This document shows, in pieces, positions 1 through 8,510 of a DNA stretch of 12,563 nt. Source of the DNA: Trichonephila clavata. Taxonomy: Eukaryota. The stretch covers positions 1 through 12,563 of the forward strand of contig BMAO01019611.1 of NCBI GenBank assembly GCA_019973975.1, given 5' to 3'. The translations under genes were made by a program, and so were the position numbers. The notes under the pieces are model-generated. The model made no database searches and was not told where the DNA came from. It saw nothing but the letters and a program-made list of their open reading frames with translations. Positions within the stretch are counted from its first letter, which is position 1. Each line of letters begins with the position of its first letter.

Positions 1-1095
1 AAAGAAACATGCTTAACAAATTTCAAGTAATGGGTCTAACAATTAAAAACAGGATTTTTTTTCTGTAACTCCTCTTGACCCCTCGCAACCCTCCTTGGGG
101 GTCAATTTTCGTTTTACTCTTTGTTAGAGGAACTCTATTCCATGAAAGGAACATGCCTACCAATTTTCAAGCAGGATGATCAAATAGTTTAAAATGGAAA
201 TATTTATCAATTACGCCTCTTAATCTCCGAAATAAACTTAGTAGTTCATATTCGCGAAACCCATTTTGTAGCGGTTCTCTACTTTACGAAAGGAATCTGC
301 TTATCAAATTTCAAGACTGTACGTCTAATAGTTTAAAAATGGGGATAATTATCTCTAACGCCACTTGAGCCCCGCAACGCCACTTCTGGGTCTGTTTTCA
401 CAAAACCAATTTTGTAGGGGAATTGCACACTATGAAAGGAATCTGCTTAGCAAAATTTGAAGACTGTGCGTCCAATAAATTAAAAATGCAAAAAAAAATA
501 TATCAATAACGCCCCTTGAACCCCGCAACGCGGCCTAGGGTCGATTTTCACAAAACACATTTTGTAGTGTATCTCTATCCTATGAGAGGAATCTGCTTAC
601 CAATTTCAAACTGTGCGTCTAATAGTTTAAAAATAAAAATAATTATTTATATCTGCCCTTAACACCCCTTGGGGGTCAATTCTCCCAAACCTGTTTTGTA
701 GCGGATATTTACTCCATGAAAGAAACATTCCTACCAATTTTCAAGCAGGGAGGTGAAGTAGTTTAAAAACTAAAATATTTATCTAGTACGCCACTAAATC
801 CCCCGCAACGCCATTTAGAGGTCTGTTTTCGCAAAACCTTCTTATAGCTGATCTCTACTCTATAAAAGAAATCTACTTATCAAATATAAAACTGTGCGTC
901 TAATAGTTTAAAAATGGAAATAATTATCTATAACGCCCTTAAGTCCCGCAACGCCACTTGAGGGCAATTTTCACGAAACCCATTTTGTAGCGTATCTCTA
1001 CCCTATGAGAGGAATCTACTTACTAAGTTTCAAGACTGTACGTCTAATAACTTAAAAATCGGAATTTCTAACGCCCCTTAAACCCCGCCCCCGCA
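1..1095. repeat. Satellite-like tandem array (left arm of large palindrome), unit ~143-150 bp, ~7.5 copies, truncated by window start
   Basis: Seen in sequence. The landmarks TATGA(A/G)AGGAAT and CCCCGCAACGCC recur at about 141/288/431/581/715/861/1005 and about 86/376/526/806/947/1083. Neighbouring units are only about 75-85% identical. The array is the mirror image of 2471-3578 on the other strand. Confidence 0.9.
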
Positions 1096-1650
1096 AATAA
1101 TTGCTGCTAATTTGAAATTACAAACAGACACTTCAATTTTATTTATTTGTATAGATATAGATTGGGATTATAATAACTATTGTTTAAATGTGACTAAAAA
1201 TGTAAATAAAAAAAAAAAGGATTAAAACTAACCCTAAAACTTATCAATTTTTTGTTTCTTGCATTGCTTTTTGCTTATGAAGCCTTGATTTATTATTTTT
1301 AAAAGTGCATCCGAAACAGCCGATGCTCTACTTAACTGAACAGTTGAGATAACTATCATAAAAAAAAATTATGGCACGTGTCAGCGTATTATCATGTGCG
1401 CGTAAATTATTATGTCTCATGAAGAGCATCGGTCGCCAGTAACCAAAACAACGACTTCATTAGCTCAGCTTGGCGTTTAATTTGGCGTTCATCTTGGCAT
1501 TCAGTTTCACGTTCACCCGTATAGTTTCCGTTCCCTAAGAATACGGGAATAAAATATAGCCTATGTTACTCCCCGTTAATGTAGCTTTCCATTAGTGAAA
1601 GAATTTTTAAAATCGCACCAGCCGTTTCCGAGATTAGCCGGAACAAACAA

Positions 1651-1672
1651 CAGACAGACAGACAGACAGACA
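1651..1672. repeat. (CAGA)5 microsatellite in core segment B. Its mirror copy at 1913-1942 is interrupted (gtctgtctttctgcctgtctgtctg)
   Basis: Seen in sequence. Confidence 0.9.
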
Positions 1673-1737
1673 AAAATTTTAAAAATTGGTTTTTTTGTTA
1701 TGAGTACCGTATATACTTTTAGTGCATTAAGTAAAAA

Positions 1738-1850
1738 GCTGCTAATTTGAAATTACAAACAGACACTTCAATTTTATTTATTTGTATAGATTATATATAT
1801 TATACAAATAAATAAATTGAAGTGTCTGTTTGTAATTTCAAATTAGCAGC
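1738..1850. repeat. About 113-bp near-perfect hairpin at the palindrome axis (A, 10-bp ttatatatat, A')
   Basis: Reverse-complement symmetry seen in sequence. The only blemish is one T indel (tttt vs ttt). Confidence 0.9.
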
Positions 1851-2470
1851 TTTTTACTTAATGCACTAAAAGTATATACGGTACTCATAACAAAAACCAA
1901 TTTTAAAATTTTTGTCTGTCTTTCTGCCTGTCTGTCTGTTTGTTCCGGCTAATCTCGGAAACGGCTGGTGCGATTTAAAATTCTTTCACTAATGGAAAGC
2001 TACATTAACGGGGGTAACATAGGCTATATTTTATTCCCGTATTCTTACGGGAACGGAAACTATACGGCTGAACGTGAAACTGAATGCCAAGATGAACGCC
2101 AAGCTGAGCTAATGAAGTCGTTGTTTTGGTTACTGGCGACCGATGCTCTTCATGAGACATAATAGTGTTACGCGCACATGATAATACGCTGACATGTGCC
2201 ATAATTTTTTTTTATGATAGTTATCTCACTGTTCAGTTAAGTAGAGCATCGGCTGTTTCGGATGCACTTTTGAAAATAATAAATCAATTCTTCATAAGCA
2301 AAAAGCAATGCAAGAAACAAAAAATTGATAAGTTTTACGGTTAGTTTTAATCCTTTTTTTTTTATTTACATTTTTAGTCACATTTAAACAATAGTTATTA
2401 TAATCCCTATCTATATCTATACAAATAAATAAAATTGAAGTGTCTGTTTGTAATTTCAAATTAGCAGCAA

Positions 2471-3960
2471 TTGTTTGCGGGGGCGGGGGTTTAAGGGGCG
2501 TTAGAAATTCCGATTTTTAAGTTATTAGACGTACAGTCTTGAAACTTAGTAAGTAGATTCCTCTCATAGGGTAGAGATACGCTACAAAATGGGTTTCGTG
2601 AAAATTGCCCTCAAGTGGCGTTGCGGGACTTAAGGGGCATTATAGATAATTATTTTCATTTTTAAACTATTAGACGCACAGTCTTTATATTTGATAAGTA
2701 GATTTCTTTTATAGAGTAGAGATCAGCTATAAGAAGGTTTTGTGAAAACAGACCTCTAAATGGCGTTGCGGGGGATTTAGTGGCATACTAGATAAATATT
2801 TTCGTTTTTAAACTACTTCACCTCTCTGCTTGAAAATTGGTAGGAATGTTTCTTTCATGGAGTAAATATCCGCTACAAAACAGGTTTGGGAAAAATTGAC
2901 CCCCAAGGGGTGTTAAGGGCAGATATAAATAATTATTTCTATTTTTAAACTATTAGACGCACAGTTTGAAATTTGGTAAGCAGATTCCTCTCATAGGATA
3001 GAGATACACTACAAAATGTGTTTTGTGAAAATCGACCCCTAGGCCGCGTTGCGGGGGTTCAAGGGGCGTTATTGATAATTTTTTTTTGCATTTTTAATTT
3101 ATTGGACGCACAGTCTTCAAATTTTGCTAAGCAGATTCCTTTCATAAAGTGCAATTCCCCTACAAAATTGGTTTTGTGAAAACAGACCCAGAAGTGGCGT
3201 TGCGGGGGCTCAAGTGGCATTATAGATAATTATCCCCATTTTTAAACTATTAGACGTACAGTCTTGAAATTTGATAAGCAGATTCCTTTCGTAAAGTAGA
3301 GAACCGCTACAAAATGGGTTTCGCGAATATGAACTACCAAGTTTAATTTCGGGAGATTAAGAGGCGTAATTGATAAATATTTCCATTTTAAACTATTTGA
3401 TCATCCTGCTTGAAAATTGGTAGGCATGTTCCTTTCATGGAATAGAGTTCCTCTAACAAAGAGTAAACGAAAATTGACCCCCAAGAAGGGTTGCGAGGGG
3501 TCAAGAGGAGTTACAGAAAAAAATTCCTGTTTTTAATTGTTAGACCATATACTTGAAATTTGTTAAGCATGTTTCTTTTGTTGAATAGGGATCCACTAAG
3601 AATGTATTTTAAGCAAATCAAGTTCTGCGGGGGGGGGTGCAGGGGTTACTGGGACGTATTGACAAAAAAAATTACTTTTTTCGAGCAACAAGGACTATAA
3701 TAATGAAATTTGGTTTGCATTTTTCTTTTGTTGAGTTGAAATCCGCTAAAAGCGGTTATTTTGGAAAACGGCTCTCAACGGATTACGGGGATATTGATAG
3801 TAAAACTTTTTTTTTTTCTGTTAGATTTAGACTTGAAATTTGGCTTGCATGTTCAATTTACGGTGTAGAGATCCACCGAAAATTGGTTTTGGGGGAATCC
3901 ACTTGGTTTTTGGGTTACGAAAGAGCAAACATCATTCTATGCATCAATTTTAGAGATTTT
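2471..3960. repeat. Satellite-like tandem array (right arm, inverted orientation), about 10 units of ~145 bp, increasingly degenerate toward 3960
   Basis: The landmark GGCGTTGCGGG(G) and its variants recur at about 2621, 2764, 2906 (degenerate), 3048, 3197, 3340 (degenerate), 3485, 3627, 3775 (degenerate) and 3900 (degenerate). Positions 2471-3578 are the reverse complement of 1-1095 at about 97-99% identity. Confidence 0.85.
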
Positions 3961-4088
3961 TAGAAAGCACAAATTAGATGAGTTCTGCCCCTTTTTTTTA
4001 TCAACAGGCGACAGTTACAGGTATAAGTATATTTTTCAATACAATCGAATTCTTAATGCAGGACTTAGATATCAATAATTTATACATA

Positions 4089-4121
4089 TATATAAGCAGT
4101 AAAAATTTATAAAACATCAGG
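4089..4121 (+). promoter_or_regulatory. Possible core promoter upstream of gag: TATATAAG at 4089-4096 and the Inr-like CATCAGG about 25 bp downstream
   Basis: A motif-level reading in an AT-rich context, about 120 bp upstream of the gag ATG. This is weak evidence. Confidence 0.25.
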
Positions 4122-4211
4122 AAATTCCAGCGAAGCGGGCGGGTAACAGCTAGTTATATTATATAGATAACCCCGATCTACGTAACAATTTAGTGTCAGA
4201 AGTGGGATTTT

Positions 4212-4742
4212 ATGCCAATAACAAGAGCGATGGAGGAGCAACTGAAGGCTCTGTTGGAGGGTATCAATGCTTTGAGAAGAGGCCAAGAAGAGCTGAGAAA
4301 TACTTTAGAAAAGAAACTAGCAGCAGTTGAAGAGGAAATGGAAATAAAAAGGATCAAAGAGCAAGTTGAAGAAAGAATTGAAGTGGCTGGAAATTTTAGC
4401 CAGCGAGTAGAAGATCTTGAAAAGAAGCTTCTAGCTTGCGAGAATATGACGAAGGGAATAAAGTTTGTGCCTGTCTCACCAGTATCAGTGAAACTGTCCA
4501 CCTATGACGGAAATACCAACTGGGAGGTGTACAAGATTCAATTTTCGATAATATCGGAAGCCAATGGATGGACTGAACGGGTCAAAGCATTTCAGTTAGC
4601 AGCATCCCTTAGACGAGAAGCCGCTGAAGTACTGCTGACTCTTCCCGACACAGAGCTGTTAAATTTGAACTCCCTCTATAATGCTCTGGATCTTCGGTTC
4701 GGACAGAAATACCCCAAATATACTACGCTCGCCTGCAGTTGA
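4212..4742 (+). pseudogene. gag: Gag N-terminal coiled-coil plus capsid-like domain (W..W..QF......W.E..K...L, ending LDLRFGQK). It is frame-shifted into the next segment
   Basis: The translation shows the retrotransposon Gag capsid signature. It is followed by a TGA, and the next frame continues with the conserved (L)KRRIQKTGENLQEYAFEIKRLANLAF. Confidence 0.75.
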
Positions 4743-5431
4743 AAAGAAGAATCCAGAAAACCGGAGAAAATTTGCAAGAGTATGCCTTCGAAATAAAAAG
4801 GCTCGCCAACTTAGCTTTCTCAGATTTCTCAGCAAATGTGCGAGAAATGGTTTCTCTCGAGTATTTCGTTGACGGACTGAAAGATGAAGAAATGCAGAGA
4901 GCTGTAAGAATGGCACATGTTCAAGATCTAAAATCTGCACTGTTATATGCCCTGAAATTTGAAGCCGCCACTCAAGCCAGTCTCAGGGTTCACCATTCCA
5001 TCCGAGGAGCTAGAGTGCTTGCAGATGAGTCACGTGAATCTCCGTGTGTAAAGGATATTGAGAAATTGATAGATGAAATTCAAGGTTTAATGACTCAACG
5101 TCAAAAACAGAGGAGACGTATCATCACGTGCTGGGAGTGTGGTGAATCAGGGCATATCAGAAGTAACTGCCCCCGAACAAATAAGGAAGATCACTGCACA
5201 AAGTGCTGGGGATGCGGTGGAGCAGGGCATCTGAGAAGTAATTGCCCTCGAGTAAATCAGGAAGATCCTCACCGTGCAAGTGTAATCGAGTCTAAGAAAG
5301 TGTGTGGAAACCGAAAAGGATCAGCAAAGGGGAATGGAGGTGTCCCTTTAGGAAGACAGGAGAACAGTAAACACTGCTCGAGAATCGAAAAGAAATTTGG
5401 CGTAATAGATCCAGTAGACCGCCAAGTATAA
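4739..5431 (+). pseudogene. gag: Gag C-terminal / nucleocapsid with two CCHC zinc knuckles (CWECGESGHIRSNC, CWGCGGAGHLRSNC)
   Basis: Two CX2CX4HX4C motifs are seen in the translation. There is no D(T/S)G protease motif before the integrase module. Confidence 0.8.
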
Positions 5432-5442
5432 CGCCATCGACA

Positions 5443-5925
5443 TTGGAATCGGACCCGTGGAATGATGAGAGCGTCCGAAAACATCAATTGGCTGATCCTG
5501 AAATTAAACCAGTAATAGAATTCAAAGAGTCATCTGATGAAAAGCCCAGTTGGCAATACATAGCCTCTTTCCATCCTACAACGCAGCGTTACTGGGCTCT
5601 TTGGGACTCTCTGCACCTGAGAAATGGTGTTTTATATCGAAAATGGGAGTCTGACGACGGAAAAGCATTCAGATGGCAATTAATACTCCCAAAGACGAGA
5701 ATATCGGCAGTCCTAAACGAACTCCATTGTAGTCCAACTGGTGGTCATTTTGGTGTTATGAAGACCTTACAAAAAGTTCGAGAGCGCTTCTACTGGAACA
5801 ATGTGCGGAGTGACGTTGAGAAATGGTGCCGCACATGTGATCCCTGTGCTGCACTTAAAGGTCCAAAAAACGCACCAGAGGACGACTCCAGCTGTATAAT
5901 GTGGGAGCGCCTTTCGAACGAATAG
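5443..5925 (+). pseudogene. int: Pol region immediately preceding integrase, plus the integrase N-terminal HHCC zinc-binding domain (LNELHCSPTGGHFGVMKTLQKVRERFYWNNVRSDVEKWCRTCDPC)
   Basis: H-x3-H ... C-x2-C pattern. The upstream segment W..W..L.LRNGVLYRK...QLILP is typical of gypsy pol at the RNase H to integrase junction. Confidence 0.8.
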
Positions 5926-6491
5926 CTTTCGACATCTTAGGCCCACTTCCAAGATCATCAGACGGCAACAACAACATCCTGGTTGTCATGGACTACTTCA
6001 CTAAGTGGCCTGAAGCCTATCCTATATCCGACCAAGAGGCCCCGACTGTTGCAGAGGTTCTAGTTCAACACTGGATCTCAAGATACGGAGTTCCTCTACA
6101 ACTGCACTCCGATCAGGGAAGAAACTTTGATTCTGCAGTTTGCAAGAGACTGTGCGAGATACTCGGCATTGACAAAACCCGGACAACAGCTTTACATCCT
6201 CAGTCTGACGGCATGGTAGAGAGGTACAATCGGACCATCCTGAACAGCCTCTCTCTCCTGGTATCCAGTAATCAACAGGACTGGGACCAGAAACTGCCTC
6301 TTTTCCTGCTTGCCTACAGGAGTGCCGTCCACGAGACAACTGGCTATTCCCCATCCCAGATGCTCTTCAGACGTGATCTTCGTTTGCCTTCAGATCTCTT
6401 GTTCAGCCGGCCACCAGATGCTCCATTGGCGCCTGAGGAGTATGTCGAGAAACTCCAGGCACGAATGGAGGAAATGCATCATTTTGGCTAG
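5901..6491 (+). pseudogene. int: Integrase catalytic core (DDE: D in FDILGP, D in HSDQG, E in MVERYN)
   Basis: Retroviral-type integrase core motifs in the translation. The end of this segment overlaps the next frame (frameshift near 6480-6495). Confidence 0.85.
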
Positions 6492-6762
6492 GGAAAGAAT
6501 CAGCATGGCTTCAGAGGAGATGAAGACCCGATACGACGCAAGAGCAACCGGACACGACTTTCACGAAGGCGACAAAGTGTGGTTATGGAATCCGAAACGT
6601 CACAAAGGACCCTCTCCGAAGCTGCAGACCAACTGGGAAGGTCCTTACACAGTCCTAAAAAGACTGAATGACGTTGTGGTTCGGATACAGAAATCACCAC
6701 ACACAAAACCGAAGGTAATACATTATAATAGGCTAGCCCCTTACCTTGGGCAAAGAGAATAA
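6310..6762 (+). pseudogene. int: Integrase C-terminal GPY/F (SH3-like) module (GDKVWLWNP...KLQTNWEGPYTVLKRLNDVVVRIQ). No chromodomain. Stop at 6760-6762
   Basis: GPY/F-type motif in the translation. Only the 3' part of this ORF (from about 6490) is the real reading frame. Confidence 0.75.
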
Positions 6763-7159
6763 GATCCTTAACTTCAGACCATGGTCACTAACTATTTTGT
6801 GAATAATGTAAATTGTGTTTCTCTTTTCTATTCCCTTAGTTTTATTTTAGTGTTGTAATTTATGTTTGTATTTTAAATTTATTTGCTTTTTGCTGTTGAG
6901 TATTTGTTACTTTATACTCGATTATTATGTTAATAGGTTATGTCTGTAAATAGATGCCTCTTACTCAGGGAGTGTACTGCTCGGGACGTGCAGTCTTTGA
7001 GGAGGAGGCAATGTTACGAATTTTGTATAAAATAATGTAAATAATTTGTATTTGGATGTGCAATGCCTTTATATTACTCTATGCTATATTTATTTCATGT
7101 TAAAATTGTAATATTCACAAGCAACGCCGTCCCTTACGTTATAATGGCGATTCAATGGG

Positions 7160-7356
7160 AACTTGGCGAAATATTGGCGATAGAGCCAAGTTGGCATAAT
7201 TTTTGGTGCCCATGTTGGCGAGTTCGGGACCCTCTGAATTCTTCTAGAAATTCGGGAAGAAATCTTCTAATTTCAAGACCTATGATGCAAGTGGATCTTT
7301 CTCGAAAGGTCCGCGAGGCCTATAAATAGAGAGATGCCCGCCGAAAATCAATCAGT
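7160..7356 (+). promoter_or_regulatory. Arthropod-type core promoter: TATAAATA at 7321-7328 and Inr TCAGT at 7352-7356. Upstream is an array of TTGGC(G/A) motifs at 7164, 7175, 7191, 7204, 7215 and an NFI-like palindrome TTGGCgatagaGCCAA at 7175-7190
   Basis: Motifs and spacing seen in sequence. The TATA-to-Inr distance is about 30 bp. No credible ORF lies downstream, so this could be the U3 promoter of an LTR remnant. Confidence 0.45.
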
Positions 7357-8510
7357 CTGGTTTTGACTTGCGATTGGTAGACTTGCCTTGACCGTGATGA
7401 CTAGCGATTATATATAGCTCGGCTGTTCAATAGGACTAGCGGTGCTTGTGAATAATCTTTTACATACGTGTATGTTAGATACTGCTAATTGTGTTTGAGT
7501 GCTATTGAAGGTGCGTGGAACTTTTGAGATTTATTTTGCGAATATTACTGCTGAATCCTGTATTTCAAGGATTAGATTTTCTACAACAAATTCTCATCGC
7601 TCTTAAAGAACTGTCTTGTTCCTTGCGACTAATTTGCATAATATCCTCGAACCCCGATCAACGTAGCAGTATGAAATCTTTAAACTGTAGGATAACTCTA
7701 TTTGCATTGGTCCACCCAATTTTTCTTCTTTTGTCAATTTCTTTTCTTTTTATAAAAAAAAAAACATTTCTGATTGTTTCTTTTTCACTTTGAAGTGAAA
7801 TACCTCCTATTTCTTGAGACATTTTTATATTTGTGAGTGCATTATGAAAGTGTAAAATTTGTGCATTTTTCAAATTCTTTTGGGAAGGAAAATTCAGTTA
7901 TGTACCACAATTCTCAAGCGATAACATGATTATTTCCCAGAATTTCTGAGCGTTGCAAATATTAATGGGTTACATGATCTCTCTCTTGTAACTGTGAAAT
8001 CATGATGCACACATTCTTGGATGAATGTTTAAAAACAAATTTTTAACCTTCTGAGCATAAGCATCCTTTTGCATTACATACTACTTGTATTTCAGCTGAG
8101 ACATGGTTTGTTTTTTTTGTTTTTGAACAAATTACTATTAACCAAGAACATTTTTACTGTCTCTCTACTAAAAGTACAAAGCATTCATAATTAGCATATC
8201 AGCAGCCTAATGCATAACGTTAGAATGCTACAAATTATACGCGTACAGTTTTCCTTAGCATATTTTTATTTGAATGTAATGTAGTGACGTTTTTTATCGC
8301 TTTCAAAATGAATGAATCAGGGGGGAAAAAATGTTTCATGCGTATTTATAAATTAAATATCTGAACTCGTGCTGATTTGGAAACATTCATGACCCCATCA
8401 ATATTTTAAAGCATATAATTATCAATAAAATCACTTGCATGTACCTAAAATCTGAGTAGGAAGCTAAATTCTTTCGATTCTTAACAATTGAAAAACACGA
8501 GTGCTGGTTT

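Larger units (their letters stand above)
1096..2470. repeat. Palindromic core: [A-B-A]-10 bp AT spacer-[A'-B'-A']. A is a 53-bp repeat at 1098-1150, 1738-1790 (+) and 1801-1850, 2418-2468 (-). B is about 1151-1737 and B' about 1851-2417
   Basis: Read directly. The 53-mer gctgctaatttgaaattacaaacagacacttcaattttatttatttgtataga is identical at 1098 and 1738. Its reverse complement lies at 2416-2468, and at 1801-1850 with a 1-bp deletion. The B' segment is the reverse complement of B except for a few substitutions and indels. Confidence 0.9.
1..3960. repeat. Large long-inverted-repeat / foldback-like palindrome. In-window arms are 1-1797 and 1798-3578. The right arm continues to about 3960, so the left arm presumably extends beyond the window start
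   Basis: Window position x pairs with position about 3579-x. The core and both arrays are mirrored. There is no ORF with a recognisable domain. Whether this is a mobile FB-like element is inference. Confidence 0.8.
4212..6762 (+). mobile_element. Degraded Ty3/gypsy-type LTR-retrotransposon derivative encoding only Gag and integrase. Protease, RT and RNase H are absent. There are at least 4 frame changes. The outer LTR boundaries are not identifiable
   Basis: Read from the ORF-track translations. Capsid, zinc-knuckle nucleocapsid, integrase HHCC, DDE core and GPY/F modules appear in that order across frames 2, 1, 0, 2, 0. Confidence 0.8.

Noticed and set aside
1455-1520. tRNA gene or tRNA-derived SINE head (A-box-like TAGCTCAGCTTGG at 1461-1473 and B-box-like GTTCACCC about 46 nt downstream)
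   Set aside because: No acceptor or D-stem complementarity and no cloverleaf can be drawn. The A-box-like motif has an insertion relative to consensus. The region is better explained as a TTGGCG repeat array.
1968-2202. ORFs 1968-2162 (+) and 2005-2202 (-) inside the palindromic core
   Set aside because: Mutually overlapping on opposite strands, with no recognisable domain. They sit in the mirrored B' segment, and the equivalent frames in B are not conserved. They read through low-complexity and microsatellite sequence.
1-3578. Palindrome as a pure assembly artefact (a fold-back chimeric long read)
   Set aside because: Not fully excluded, but disfavoured. The arms differ by structured events: a one-unit TTGGCG indel, microsatellite interruptions and a clustered substitution. 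These are not random errors. Needs read-level confirmation.
1-3960. Could the regularly spaced repeats be a CRISPR array?
   Set aside because: The units are about 145 bp and directly abut each other with no unique spacers. They are diverged from one another. The context is eukaryotic retroelements, and the second array is an inverted mirror of the first. All of this is incompatible with CRISPR.
3637-3963. ORF 3637-3963 (+), 108 aa
   Set aside because: It lies entirely within degenerate satellite units. It is low-complexity with no domain.
4196-6706. Antisense or alternative-frame ORFs overlapping gag and integrase: 4196-4501 (-), 4659-4940 (-), 4681-4872 (+), 5269-5487 (-), 5767-5958 (-), 6022-6354 (-), 6500-6706 (-)
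   Set aside because: They are shadows of the sense-strand retroelement coding sequence. They have no conserved motifs and Ser/Leu/Arg-rich compositions typical of antisense frames.
4212-6762. Ty1/copia interpretation, since integrase precedes RT in copia pol
   Set aside because: No protease sits between Gag and integrase, and no RT follows the integrase. The HHCC-DDE-GPY/F integrase and the gypsy-like pre-integrase segment fit Ty3/gypsy with an internal deletion.
7063-7873. ORFs 7063-7329 (+), 7515-7793 (+), 7658-7873 (-)
   Set aside because: AT-rich, low-complexity, Leu/Ile/Phe-rich translations with no domains. The first ends at the TATA box and so overlaps the promoter rather than following it.
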